Shown piece after piece: positions 1-9,924 of a stretch of 46,038 bases of DNA. The position numbers were made by a program, and so were the translations under genes. Within the stretch, counting starts at the first letter, position 1. Each line of letters starts with the position of its first letter. The notes beneath the pieces are model-generated. The model did not search any database and had not been told where the DNA came from. It saw nothing but the letters and a program-made list of their open reading frames with translations. Location: contig DIHQ01000091.1 of NCBI GenBank assembly GCA_002420235.1, positions 1 through 46,038 of the forward strand, in the 5' to 3' direction. The stretch comes from Flavobacteriales bacterium UBA5692 (GTDB lineage: Bacteria > Bacteroidota > Bacteroidia > Flavobacteriales_D > Sanyastnellaceae).

Positions 1-652
1 GTGCACCGGCTGCAGCACCCTGCATTCGGCCTGCTGCCGCATCCTTGCCTTTATTCATGGCATCCTTTGCACGATCCTGAATGGACTTACTATCCTCTCC
101 CTCACCTCCCTCTGGTTCAATCGTTTCACCCGGAACGAATCCGAGGGCTTTGATTAAGCGGTCTGAGATATCGTACTTAGGATTGGTATAGAGCATATTG
201 CTCTGGTTGCTTTTGTCGAAAATGACCATGTATCCACTCCCGCTGGCAATGTCCTTTAACTCCTCAAAGACCAAATCTTGGATGGGTTGAATCAGTTCTT
301 GACGCTTTTGAAAGAGCTCTCCTTCGACACCGAACTTTTCTTTCTGCAAATCCCGAGCTTCCCGGCGTTTTGTCGTAATCTCCTCCTCTCGCTTGCCACG
401 CATCTCCGCGGTCAATAAAACGCGCTCGGCTCGATAAGCCATCTCAAGGCGTTCTACAGCATCCAATTTCATTTCAATCTCAACCTGCCAATCCACTGCC
501 ATTTGATTCAATTCTCCTTGTGCCGTTGAATATTCCGGTAAATGCAACAAGACATAATCGGTGTCGATATAAGCAAATTTCTGGGCATTCGCCCCGAGTC
601 CCGCGAACAAAGCTAGACCCAGTAAAAACCGTGATAATGATCGCATCTTCAT
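1..652 (-). CDS. OmpH/Skp-family periplasmic chaperone (partial; 3' end runs off the left window edge)
   Basis: Absent from the ORF track because it is open at the window edge. My translation of the minus strand from ATG 652-650 gives MKMRSLSRFLLGLALFAGLGANAQKFAYIDTDYVLLHLPEY..AVDWQVEIEMKLD..RREARDLQKEKFG. That is a signal peptide followed by coiled-coil OmpH-like sequence and then a Gly/Ala/Lys/Glu-rich tail. It lies 10 nt downstream of bamA, the usual Bacteroidota arrangement. Confidence 0.8.
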   Translation of the reverse strand, partial: MKMRSLSRFLLGLALFAGLGANAQKFAYIDTDYVLLHLPEYSTAQGELNQMAVDWQVEIEMKLDAVERLEMAYRAERVLLTAEMRGKREEEITTKRREARDLQKEKFGVEGELFQKRQELIQPIQDLVFEELKDIASGSGYMVIFDKSNQSNMLYTNPKYDISDRLIKALGFVPGETIEPEGGEGEDSKSIQDRAKDAMNKGKDAAAGRMQGAAAGA

Positions 653-662
653 CTAATTTTAA

Positions 663-3206
663 TTACAAATCTCCCATATTCATACCAATGCTAAAGTGAA
701 ACTGGCCCCTTGACATGTTGGGCAAGCTTGGTACGTCATCCAAGCGCCATCCATAATCAAGGCCTAACAGGCCAAACATGGGCAGAAAAATTCGCATTCC
801 AACACCCGCGGAACGGTACACTTCAAACGGATTGAATTCCCTGGCATCGGCCCATGTCTTACCTGCATCAATAAAGGCCATGGTGTAGATGGTAGCACTC
901 GGGTTAGTGCTTAACGGGTAGCGTAACTCAGCACCGTACTTTGCAATGACAGGCGCACCTGTATTTTGGTTCGGCATTGTAAGAGACAAATCATCAAAGC
1001 CACGCAGGTTGATAATCTCCCTGCCGTCCAAAACAAACCCGCTCAGGAACACCCCGCCAAGGTAGAAACGTTCAAATGGTGATAGACCCACAGTGCGGTT
1101 GTACTGACCAATAAGTCCGACGCCCGCATGGGTTCGCAGCACAAGGGTCCGAGGATTCTCACCAGCAGATTGAGTCAATGGCGTATACCACTCGGCCTTG
1201 ACCTTCCATTTGTGGTATTCCACCCACCGGAAGCGTTCTTGGTCACTCATGCCCTCATAGTATGTGCCCTCAGGACGGAATTTGCTGTAAGGCGGCGTTG
1301 CCTTTACTGAAAGTGAAATATTGGACCCCCATACCGGATAAATGGGATCTGAAATCGAATTTCGCGCCAAGGTGAAATTGGCAGCTAGATTATTCGCTAC
1401 ACCATTAGAAAAGCTAAAGAAAACCCCATAATTATCGAGGTTAAAATGCTGATAGCTCAAGGCTACATTCATGGTGAACCAGTCGTCCGGCTTTTTCCAG
1501 CGTTGGCCAAAGCCCACTTGTACTCCTGTAATTTCGAGAGACTGTCGTAGTGAGTTAAGCTCCCCTTCTATACGTTTGGGTTGGCCATTGCTCTGGATTG
1601 AACGCCAAGCAGAGAAACTAAGTGCATTGGGCTTCTTACCTCCCATCCAGGGCTCCATGAAACTCAAATTATAACTCTGAAAAAATGCCCCATTCGATTG
1701 AGCTCGGAGGGAAAGTCGTTGACCGTCACCCGTCGGAATCGGTTTCCATGAGCCCTTCTGAAACATATTCTTCGCACTGAAATTGGTGAAGCTGACTCCG
1801 AGCGTTCCGACAATACGACCTCCGCCCCATCCTCCAGATAACTCAATCTGATCTGAAGGCTTTTCCTCCACTGTGTATTCAATGTCAACAGTGCCATCCT
1901 CAGGATGTTGGATGGGATTAATACCAAAGGCCTCCTGATTGAAGTAATTCAGCTGCGCCAGTTCTCGCTGCGTTCTGATGATATCAGTTCGGCTAAAAAG
2001 GTCACCAGGTCGCGTTCGTATTTCACGATAAATGACGTGATCATTGGTCTTCGTATTCCCCTGAACAATGACCTTTCCGATGCGGAATTGCTTTCCTTCC
2101 ATCATGCGCACCTCGATATCGATGGTGTCATTCTCGATTCGTGTCTCAATTGGTATCGCTTGGAAGGTGAGATAGCCATCGTCTTGATACAATGAACTCA
2201 AATCAAGGCCCTTAGGATCCATAAACACCCGCGTTTCAAGACGCTCCAAATCATACGTCTCACCGCGATTAATGCCCAGGATAGAATCTAGCTGGGTACT
2301 GCGGTATTTCGTGTTACCTGTGAATGAAATCTCTCCAAAATAGAACCGATTGCCTTCACTAATATCAATTTTCACCCCCACCTGCCCTTCTGGCAAGCGG
2401 TAAATAGTGTCCCCTAGCACTCGGGCATTCCGATATCCTTCTTTGTTATAAAGTGCGATGATCTCGCCGCGCGCTTGTTCGAGGTTGGCTTCAACAAACT
2501 TACTTGACTTGAAGAATCTATACCATTTTTTTGCTTTCAAATCCTTCATTGAGCGCAGCACTTGCTTCTTTTCCAAATTTGCCACGCCATCTACTACAAT
2601 TTCACCGATTTTTACCTTGTCTCCTTTTTCAATAACTATATTCAATCTAGCGCCATTCTCAAATGAAGAGTCTGCAAATTGGGTTATGGAAATCTCTGCG
2701 TCCCAAAAACCTTTTTCGTGATAATAATCCCTCAGGCGTTTCCGGGCGGTAACCATGACGTTTTCATTGACAACGCGCCCCGTGAGCAATTCAATCTTCC
2801 CCCTAAGGGTCTCCTGCTCAGACCGGGGCACCCCCTCAAACGTGTAGCGGGTTAGCCTTGGTAATTCATCCACTCGAATAACCAGATAAACCTCGCTATC
2901 ACGCACTTCCACCAACTCAATTGAGATGTCCTCAAAAAGGTTTTGAGTCCACAGATTTCGAATCGCGCGGGTAATTTCTTCGCCAGGGATGGTCAACTCT
3001 TGGCCGATTTGCAGGGCACTGAACAACTTGACGGCCTGCGCATCAGTGTAATCCGCCCCGAGGACCGTTAATCCAGCAAGCGTATATTTTTTGTCATAAT
3101 CCGGTCTGGCCGGAACCTGCGCCATTACGTTGTGTATCGAAAATCCCATAAAAAAAGGGAGTCCGAAAAACAGAATATGCGTCAAGGTTTTTCCGGTCTT
3201 TGTCAT
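663..3206 (-). CDS. bamA: Outer membrane protein assembly factor BamA (Omp85/D15 family)
   Basis: 847 aa with a signal peptide, repeated POTRA-like modules and a C-terminal beta-barrel ending in an aromatic-rich segment. Sits in uppS-bamA-skp synteny. Confidence 0.93.
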   Translation of the reverse strand: MTKTGKTLTHILFFGLPFFMGFSIHNVMAQVPARPDYDKKYTLAGLTVLGADYTDAQAVKLFSALQIGQELTIPGEEITRAIRNLWTQNLFEDISIELVEVRDSEVYLVIRVDELPRLTRYTFEGVPRSEQETLRGKIELLTGRVVNENVMVTARKRLRDYYHEKGFWDAEISITQFADSSFENGARLNIVIEKGDKVKIGEIVVDGVANLEKKQVLRSMKDLKAKKWYRFFKSSKFVEANLEQARGEIIALYNKEGYRNARVLGDTIYRLPEGQVGVKIDISEGNRFYFGEISFTGNTKYRSTQLDSILGINRGETYDLERLETRVFMDPKGLDLSSLYQDDGYLTFQAIPIETRIENDTIDIEVRMMEGKQFRIGKVIVQGNTKTNDHVIYREIRTRPGDLFSRTDIIRTQRELAQLNYFNQEAFGINPIQHPEDGTVDIEYTVEEKPSDQIELSGGWGGGRIVGTLGVSFTNFSAKNMFQKGSWKPIPTGDGQRLSLRAQSNGAFFQSYNLSFMEPWMGGKKPNALSFSAWRSIQSNGQPKRIEGELNSLRQSLEITGVQVGFGQRWKKPDDWFTMNVALSYQHFNLDNYGVFFSFSNGVANNLAANFTLARNSISDPIYPVWGSNISLSVKATPPYSKFRPEGTYYEGMSDQERFRWVEYHKWKVKAEWYTPLTQSAGENPRTLVLRTHAGVGLIGQYNRTVGLSPFERFYLGGVFLSGFVLDGREIINLRGFDDLSLTMPNQNTGAPVIAKYGAELRYPLSTNPSATIYTMAFIDAGKTWADAREFNPFEVYRSAGVGMRIFLPMFGLLGLDYGWRLDDVPSLPNMSRGQFHFSIGMNMGDL

Positions 3207-3976
3207 TTTGACTCAACATTGTGATTCGTATCCAATAAACCTCCGAAACGACGTTCTCTATTTTGAAAATCCCGAATTGCACCAATGAATTCTTCCTTAC
3301 CAAAATCTGGCCAAAGCACTGGAGAGAAATGCAATTCGGTATAGGCCATCTGCCACAAAAGAAAATTGGATATGCGATGTTCACCACTCGTTCGAATCAT
3401 CAACTCCGGATCAGGAACATCTCGTGTGGTTAAATGGTCGGTAATTACCTGGGCATCGACTTCTTCTGGCCTGATTCCGCTAAGCATTAGAGCTTTTATT
3501 GCCTCCACCATTTCCCACTTTGAACTGTAACTCAAAGCGAGTATCAGTTCAAGGTTTTTTTGATGGGCTGTCTGCTCAGCAGCGAGTTCTAATTGCGACT
3601 GACACGAGGCAGGAAGGGCACCAGTATCTCCAATGGTTCGCAAGCGAACACCCTTATCTGAAAGGGCCTCCAATTCCTTGATTAAGGTATCCACGAGCAA
3701 GTCCATGAGAGCATTGACTTCTTCTACAGGACGGCTCCAATTTTCAGTACTGAACGCATACAGCGTCAAGTGTTTCACCCCGAGTTCCAACGCAGCTTCC
3801 ACAGAGGCACGCACTGAATCAATACCATTCATATGACCGAAAACTCGCGACTCTCCGCGCTCATTGGCCCATCGACCATTACCATCCATGATGATTGCAA
3901 CATGCTTTGGAATTCGCTCAGGGTCTAAACCCCAAGCGGCGCAGCGTTCAAGTTGTTCGTTTTCCACTGCCATCAT
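3203..3976 (-). CDS. uppS: Undecaprenyl-diphosphate synthase (isoprenyl transferase)
   Basis: 257 aa with the HVAIIMDGNGRWA motif and the RTSGEHRISNFLLWQ motif. Its stop overlaps the bamA start by 4 nt. Confidence 0.95.
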   Translation of the reverse strand: MMAVENEQLERCAAWGLDPERIPKHVAIIMDGNGRWANERGESRVFGHMNGIDSVRASVEAALELGVKHLTLYAFSTENWSRPVEEVNALMDLLVDTLIKELEALSDKGVRLRTIGDTGALPASCQSQLELAAEQTAHQKNLELILALSYSSKWEMVEAIKALMLSGIRPEEVDAQVITDHLTTRDVPDPELMIRTSGEHRISNFLLWQMAYTELHFSPVLWPDFGKEEFIGAIRDFQNRERRFGGLLDTNHNVESK

Positions 3977-4863
3977 ATCTCAGACCAACAGGTAGTAGGT
4001 TTTTTGCTGATTCGAAAGCTCAATGAAGCTGTAATGTAGGCGTAAACGTCCGTTCTTGACGGATCACCGCGTTGTCGGCCGCCTTGGTTGTTAATTCCCC
4101 CTTCTGGGAGCAAGGTTTGATCCGCTACAGCTGCTGTTACTTCTCCGAGCTCCTGAAGCAACACCGCACGATCAGCATACATGCCGCTGACATCATCCAA
4201 ATAGTCAGTCCACGTTTTTCGTACACCCCAGTCGATGTTGAAAGTGGTAAACGGACCAATGTTTGACTTGAAACCGAATCCAATCGGCACTGATATTCCA
4301 GTAGTACCATAAGGTTCGATGCCGTAAGCTTCACCCCATGTCGTTCCCTGGCCCTCCGTTCCAAGAGGTTGTAATGGCGTCCACTGGCCATTCCATTCTG
4401 CCTCGGGCATGTGCGTAAAAACCCCCAAGCCCGTGTAGAGAAATGCAGTCAGCCGATCACCGGGATTTCCCAGTTGATGATCGAGATAATTTATTTCAAA
4501 CAGGGCACTTAACTCCCCTATGTCATTCCGGAAATGTAAATTCCGATTCTGTTGCCAGGGATCAGAGCTATCCGAATCCCAAGCCTCTATTCGACCACGA
4601 AAGTAATTGATACGAAGTCCCAAACGGGTTGAGAAGTTGTGCCTATAAAAACCGCCATAACCGGCAGTCAAGCGCCCGCCCATGTGTGCGTCTGGATTGA
4701 TATCCCCAGTGTAATAGGCGGTGCCTAGAGTAATGCCGATTTCTTTGGATTGCTCAAATTTGCGCTGCCCCCAAGCAGGAACAATCATCCATACTCCCAA
4801 CAGGAGCATGAACAAGCGTGTCTGAGTTAAGACTTTGAAGCGGTCGTTATCCAATAAATTCAA
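3973..4863 (-). CDS. Uncharacterised outer-membrane beta-barrel protein (recalled as DUF6089 family)
   Basis: 296 aa with a hydrophobic N-terminus (MLLLGVWMIVPAWGQ) and alternating Gly/aromatic beta-strand patterns (GFGFKSN, NIDWGVRKTWTDYLDD). Overlaps the uppS start by 4 nt. The true start may be the internal Met near 4809. Confidence 0.6.
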   Translation of the reverse strand: MNLLDNDRFKVLTQTRLFMLLLGVWMIVPAWGQRKFEQSKEIGITLGTAYYTGDINPDAHMGGRLTAGYGGFYRHNFSTRLGLRINYFRGRIEAWDSDSSDPWQQNRNLHFRNDIGELSALFEINYLDHQLGNPGDRLTAFLYTGLGVFTHMPEAEWNGQWTPLQPLGTEGQGTTWGEAYGIEPYGTTGISVPIGFGFKSNIGPFTTFNIDWGVRKTWTDYLDDVSGMYADRAVLLQELGEVTAAVADQTLLPEGGINNQGGRQRGDPSRTDVYAYITASLSFRISKKPTTCWSEI

Positions 4864-4963
4864 GTCTTTCTATTGAATGAGTCTATAACGCACGAAAATA
4901 CATGGAATTGTCCCATCCAATTGAAAAAAACAACCAATAAGGCAAGGAGTTTATCCACGATTA

Positions 4964-5842
4964 TCAGCGATCACGGGGGTCAATGCCCCAGTGCATTTTT
5001 GCACGTACAGTGCTGAAAAATTCTTGATGTTCAAGGTTCATCAAGAACAAGCGAAACGGCGCAGTAGTAATTTGGACTTTCCGGCCTCCATCTAGGATGA
5101 ACATCCGTGAATCCAAACTCAGCAAAAATTGATTCTCCCTGCCGTCCGCAACCAATTGCAACCTACCATTTGCTGGGAGGATAAGAGGTCTGTTATTCAG
5201 GTTGTGCGGAGCAACGGGATTGATGCACAGAACGTCCGATCCGGGCATTACAATGGGCCCTCCTGCGCTAAGTGAATAAGCTGTTGAACCTGTTGGCGTC
5301 GAGACAATCAGGCCGTCCGCCCAATAATTATTCACAAAGGTTTCATTCCACAAAACCTCAACCGCCACCATGCTGGAGGTGTCGCGTTTCATTATGGCTA
5401 CATCATTCAAGGCGAAGGGGAAATCCCCCAACTCCATACCATCTACCTCCACTTGAAGCATCAAACGCTCCTCGTACCATCCCTGCCCTGCGGCGACGGC
5501 ATCCATGGCAAGGTCGATTTCATCGATTCCAACATTTGATAAAAAACCCAGCCGACCAGTGTTCACACCGAGTACGGGGATTTTAGTATCTCGAACCCAG
5601 ATGGCTGCTTCGAGCACAGTGCCATCACCACCTATGGCCACCAACAAGTCGTAGCCCTGCAGAGCGGCGGGGGGATCAAACGCATCCCAATCCCTTGCCC
5701 GAACCGTGCGTTCATCTAGAATTCGTTTAAAATTTGACTCTACTATCGGTGCCGGATCAAGATCATGGATGCGCGCAAGAATTTGCTTTATGGAATCGTC
5801 GTATTCCGGAGCAAAGGTCTTTCCATGGATAGCGATTTTCAT
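4964..5842 (-). CDS. nadK: NAD kinase
   Basis: 292 aa with the LLVAIGGDGTVL motif, NTGRLGFL and STPTGSTAYSLSAGGPI. Confidence 0.93.
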   Translation of the reverse strand: MKIAIHGKTFAPEYDDSIKQILARIHDLDPAPIVESNFKRILDERTVRARDWDAFDPPAALQGYDLLVAIGGDGTVLEAAIWVRDTKIPVLGVNTGRLGFLSNVGIDEIDLAMDAVAAGQGWYEERLMLQVEVDGMELGDFPFALNDVAIMKRDTSSMVAVEVLWNETFVNNYWADGLIVSTPTGSTAYSLSAGGPIVMPGSDVLCINPVAPHNLNNRPLILPANGRLQLVADGRENQFLLSLDSRMFILDGGRKVQITTAPFRLFLMNLEHQEFFSTVRAKMHWGIDPRDR

Positions 5843-5857
5843 GATGCTAAGGAACGG

Positions 5858-6508
5858 CTATTGTTTCAAAAAACGCATAAAGGCATCGTATCGTTCTCGC
5901 ATTTCCTCCTCGAACTGCGGTGCGTGAAAAAAAGATTGGATGGAATATCCGAACCGCTGAAAAGTTTGAATGACGGGCTCAATATCTTCCGTTTCAACCT
6001 TGAGGGTAACCTCCACATTGCTAGAATTCTCCAAGTTTGATGTAGTGCATGCGATGACGCGGGTCCCCCCATCTTCGGCCAATCTTGCTACTTCTGAAAT
6101 AGACAGGTCACCTTCCGGCACCTCGAGAATGACAACACCACCGCGTGCTGCCCAATGGGATTGTTCAGCGAGAAAATGCACAACAGAAGCCGCATTGACA
6201 CAACCCTTGTACGTCCCCTCATCCACAACAGGCAATGCATCCACTTCCGCCGCGACCAGTTGACCTACTACATCGTATAAATGGCTCTTCGGAGTCGTGT
6301 AGACGGCCCTTGCTTGAAACGCCGCCATGGGCATTTCCTCGTCCATATTGATCACGTCATCCTCATAGATCAATCCAGAAAATTCATCTCCATTGACCAG
6401 TGGCAAGTGACGAACCTTATACTCATCCATCAAATGAAGCACTCGACCCGCAGGATCTTCAGGCTTCACGGCCGGGAGGTCAGAATTCATAATGCGCTCT
6501 GCGTACAT
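5858..6508 (-). CDS. CBS domain-containing protein
   Basis: 216 aa with two CBS-like repeats (VRHLPLVNGDEFSGLI and ALPVVDEGTYKGCV). Immediately upstream of nadK, as in other Flavobacteriia. Confidence 0.8.
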   Translation of the reverse strand: MYAERIMNSDLPAVKPEDPAGRVLHLMDEYKVRHLPLVNGDEFSGLIYEDDVINMDEEMPMAAFQARAVYTTPKSHLYDVVGQLVAAEVDALPVVDEGTYKGCVNAASVVHFLAEQSHWAARGGVVILEVPEGDLSISEVARLAEDGGTRVIACTTSNLENSSNVEVTLKVETEDIEPVIQTFQRFGYSIQSFFHAPQFEEEMRERYDAFMRFLKQ

Positions 6509-6512
6509 GGTT

Positions 6513-6520
6513 TAATTTTG
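6513..6520 (+). promoter_or_regulatory. Candidate Bacteroidota -7 promoter box TAATTTTG (TAnnTTTG) for pdxJ
   Basis: Exact match to the TAnnTTTG consensus in the CBS/pdxJ divergent gap, 52 nt upstream of the pdxJ ATG at 6572. Confidence 0.35.
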
Positions 6521-6571
6521 CGTAAGTCCACCGATGGAATGCACCGGAGGTGTTGGAATCGAAAGATACGG

Positions 6572-7297
6572 ATGACAAGACTCAGCGTCAACGTCAATAA
6601 AATTGCGACCCTGCGCAATGCACGTGGGGGTAAAGTTCCCAATGTGGTGCAGGCTGCAAAACGAATACAATCCTATGGAGCTCAGGGGATTACCGTTCAT
6701 CCGCGTCCTGACCAACGCCACATTACTTATGCAGATGTGAAGGCCTTACGGGAGGTTGTATACACTGAATTCAACGTTGAAGGTTACCCGTCTGCCTCAT
6801 TTTTGAATCTTGTTTTGGAGGTTCGACCCGATCAAGTGACTTTGGTTCCGGACCCTCCAGACGCGTTAACATCCAACCATGGGTGGGATGTGATCCAACA
6901 CCGCCTTCTCCTGCAGCAAACCACTAAATCTTTGCAAGATTCAGGCATGCGCGTGAGCCTATTCACAGGAACTGAAGGAGAGCAACTTGAAGCAGCTGCA
7001 GCCATAGGCGCAGATCGCATCGAGCTTTACACCGAACCCTATGCAGAGGGATTTGCCCAGGGAAATCCAGAATCTGTGTTGGCCTTTGCAAAGGCCGCTG
7101 CCTTCGCACACACTTGCGGATTAGGAGTTAACGCAGGTCATGACCTCGACGCGAATAACTTAAAGCATTTTGTTTCGAATGTGCCTTTCCTCAAGGAAGT
7201 AAGCATTGGTCACGCTTTGATATCAGATGCTTTATATGACGGTTTAAAACAGACGGTAAAAACGTACCTATCCTGTTTGGATGCCTCCATCACATGA
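6572..7297 (+). CDS. pdxJ: Pyridoxine 5'-phosphate synthase
   Basis: From the internal Met the sequence reads MTRLSVNVNKIATLRNARGG..GITVHPRPDQRHI..NAGHDL, giving 241 aa, which is the typical PdxJ length. The upstream 97 codons of the tracked ORF overlap the CBS gene on the opposite strand and look non-coding. Confidence 0.92.
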   Translation: MTRLSVNVNKIATLRNARGGKVPNVVQAAKRIQSYGAQGITVHPRPDQRHITYADVKALREVVYTEFNVEGYPSASFLNLVLEVRPDQVTLVPDPPDALTSNHGWDVIQHRLLLQQTTKSLQDSGMRVSLFTGTEGEQLEAAAAIGADRIELYTEPYAEGFAQGNPESVLAFAKAAAFAHTCGLGVNAGHDLDANNLKHFVSNVPFLKEVSIGHALISDALYDGLKQTVKTYLSCLDASIT

Positions 7298-8076
7298 AGC
7301 CGAATAACCTAAAACTTTTCAGTCGGGAGTTGGGTGCGGAGTCCGCACAAAACCTTGTCATACTTCATGGCTTACTCGGCACTTCCGATAATTGGCTCAC
7401 CTTAGGCAAGCGTTTCGCCGAAACACACCGGGTTCACCTCATCGACCAGCGCAATCACGGCAAAAGCCCTCATCACATCGAGCACAATTACGAAGCGATG
7501 GCAGATGATCTGATGCATTACCTCAATGAACGCAACATTCAAAGCGCGAGTATCATCGGTCATAGTATGGGTGGAAAGACTGCATTGATGTTTGCTGATC
7601 GGCATCCTACTCGGATCAATAAACTCATCATAGCTGACATGGCTGCACGCGCATATACTCCTCAACACGCAGCCATTTTCGACACACTACTATCCGCACC
7701 AATTGTCGCAGCTCAAAGCCGATCAGATGTAAGTGCCCACCTTATGAATCGGCTCAACGATGCAGGCATGGTAGCTTTTTTGATGAAAAACTTGCGCCGC
7801 AACAAATCCGGCGGGTTTTCTTGGCGTCCAAATATACCCTTACTGGCAAAGGTCATTGGTGCCATTGTAGACGAGGTGCCTCTCAACTTAAATACTTTGC
7901 CAACACTAGCAATTTACGGAGGGGAATCAAATTACGTTAATGCGGACGACCTCCAACAATACAAGTTGACCTGTATGCATTTCCAATCTCATGTTATAGA
8001 AAAAGCAGGGCACTGGTTGCACGCCAGCCACCCAGAAGAATTTTTTAAACAAATAGATACTTTCCTAGATGATTGA
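7294..8076 (+). CDS. Alpha/beta-fold hydrolase (YbfF-like esterase)
   Basis: 260 aa with HGLLGTSDNW, the nucleophile elbow GHSMGG, and a C-terminal GHWLH catalytic His region. Overlaps the pdxJ stop by 4 nt. Confidence 0.85.
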   Translation: MKPNNLKLFSRELGAESAQNLVILHGLLGTSDNWLTLGKRFAETHRVHLIDQRNHGKSPHHIEHNYEAMADDLMHYLNERNIQSASIIGHSMGGKTALMFADRHPTRINKLIIADMAARAYTPQHAAIFDTLLSAPIVAAQSRSDVSAHLMNRLNDAGMVAFLMKNLRRNKSGGFSWRPNIPLLAKVIGAIVDEVPLNLNTLPTLAIYGGESNYVNADDLQQYKLTCMHFQSHVIEKAGHWLHASHPEEFFKQIDTFLDD

Positions 8077-8078
8077 AG

Positions 8079-9860
8079 CTAATGGATGCTCGTTTCTTTT
8101 AGCCACTTTCGATAAGCATTAAACAAGGTTGTCCGCGCTACAAAACCAATGTATCTGGCCTGATCGACAACAGGCAAAAATGCAGCATTGGTTCTTTCGA
8201 AGGATCGCATAACTTCCTCCATTTTCCCAGTGGCTTCAATCGTAGCCTCAGGCAGGACCATTAGTTCGTAGACCTTGATTTTTTGATACAGTGTCTGGTC
8301 GAACATCACCTCACGTAAATCTTGTAAGTCAATTATCCCCAACAAATTGCGGTGGCGATCTAGTACCGGGTAAAGATTCCGCGAGCTTCGTTCTATAATT
8401 GGAATCAATTGACCTAATGTCCAATGAGGGTTTAAGACTTCGAAATCAGAGACAACGATCTCATCTAACTTCATCAAAGTAAGTACCGACTGGTCCTTGT
8501 CATGGGTCAAAAGCTCCCCGCGTTCAGCCAATTCGCGAGTGTAGACGCTGTTGCGCATCCACCATTTTGACAGCTGAAAACTGATCCCCGATGTTAGCAT
8601 TACCGGGACAAACAATGCATATCCCCCGCTGACTTCTGCTGCAAGCAAAATTGCTGTCAACGGAGCATGAAGCACCCCCGCCAACAAACCCGCAATTCCA
8701 GCGAGTACTGCATTCCCAATTGGCATTGACCACATGGGGCCCAACCAGCCAGCAACCAAGGCAAACTGGTAACCGAGCAATCCGCCACAAAAAATGGCCG
8801 GAGCAAATACACCAGCCACCCCACCTGCACTTAAGGTCAAACCAGTAAGAATCGGTTTGAGTACCCAGGCCAGCATCAGAAACCCAATCAAATACCAACC
8901 TTCTGGATCGATGCGTCGCATGGACATATCAGAAGCTAAAATCTCTGCGTGCCCCTTGAATAGTGCGTTCACCACCTCGTATCCCTCCCCATAAAGCGAT
9001 GGAAAAAGTAAGATACATCCCCCTATTACAGCGCCCCCCACCCAGATTCGCGACCGGCCAGAAGGCAGCCAGTCCAAAACTGCACTCGACCCAAGGTAAA
9101 GCCTTGAGAATAGAACTGATCCAACACCGCAAAGCGCCCCAAGAAGTAAGTAAAGCGGCAAATTGGCCATACGAAATAAATCCAAATCTGGAGGAGTCAA
9201 GATGTTGCCATTGCCCATGAGTGCAGTTGCGGTAATGAGCGCTGTGAGAGACGAAAGCAACAGCGGGACTAAGGAAGAAGATGTCAAGTCAATCATGATG
9301 ACTTCAACAGCAAAAATAATTGCAGCAACAGGTGCTTTGAACAGTGCCGCGAGCGATGCCGAAGCTGCACAGCCAATTAACAGAAGCCGTCGGTTGAAAG
9401 TACGCTTAGTCTGCCTGCCAATTTCGGAACCAATGGCCGCTGCCGACTGCAGCGAGGGTCCTTCTAAACCGCCCGACCCTCCCAAACCCACTGATAGTGA
9501 ACTTGTAATCAACGGAGCAAACATCCAAGTCCGCTTGATGCGACCATGTCGCTGAGAAAGAGCGTGTAAAATACTTGGAACTCCCGGGCCTGGATGCTCA
9601 CCTCGAAGCCAGTTTTGCACCACCCATCGTGTTGCCAATAGGCCGACCAATGGGCCAATACCCAGCCACCAGTTCCAGGCCGACCATTCAGCAAATCCCG
9701 ACATGCCATCATGTAATCCTCCCACCACACGCTTCAACAAAACCGCGAATAAGCCAGCCGCTAAACCGGTGAGAACCGCCCATCCCAAAAGGGCCCGATC
9801 GGAGGATTTCCAATCCGAATCCACAACAGTCAAAATCCACTTCCTTAAGCGCCTCTTCAT
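8079..9860 (-). CDS. ClC-family voltage-gated chloride channel / H+-Cl- antiporter with C-terminal CBS pair
   Basis: 593 aa and polytopic. Carries a GSGGLEGP selectivity-filter-like motif, GVFAPAIF (GxFxP), and a C-terminal tandem CBS region (YPVLDRHRNLLGII and LPVVDQARYIGFV). Confidence 0.88.
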   Translation of the reverse strand: MKRRLRKWILTVVDSDWKSSDRALLGWAVLTGLAAGLFAVLLKRVVGGLHDGMSGFAEWSAWNWWLGIGPLVGLLATRWVVQNWLRGEHPGPGVPSILHALSQRHGRIKRTWMFAPLITSSLSVGLGGSGGLEGPSLQSAAAIGSEIGRQTKRTFNRRLLLIGCAASASLAALFKAPVAAIIFAVEVIMIDLTSSSLVPLLLSSLTALITATALMGNGNILTPPDLDLFRMANLPLYLLLGALCGVGSVLFSRLYLGSSAVLDWLPSGRSRIWVGGAVIGGCILLFPSLYGEGYEVVNALFKGHAEILASDMSMRRIDPEGWYLIGFLMLAWVLKPILTGLTLSAGGVAGVFAPAIFCGGLLGYQFALVAGWLGPMWSMPIGNAVLAGIAGLLAGVLHAPLTAILLAAEVSGGYALFVPVMLTSGISFQLSKWWMRNSVYTRELAERGELLTHDKDQSVLTLMKLDEIVVSDFEVLNPHWTLGQLIPIIERSSRNLYPVLDRHRNLLGIIDLQDLREVMFDQTLYQKIKVYELMVLPEATIEATGKMEEVMRSFERTNAAFLPVVDQARYIGFVARTTLFNAYRKWLKETSIH

Positions 9861-9924
9861 GCTACAAATTTCACCAGAATACCCGGTAAAGAATTACCTT
9901 CGTCAACAAATTGATTAACATCAA

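Noticed and set aside
6281-6571. 97-codon N-terminal extension of the pdxJ ORF
   Set aside because: It overlaps the CBS-domain gene on the opposite strand and has no PdxJ-like sequence. The canonical PdxJ N-terminus (MTRLSVNVNKIATLRNARGG) begins at 6572, so this is a read-through artefact of ORF calling.
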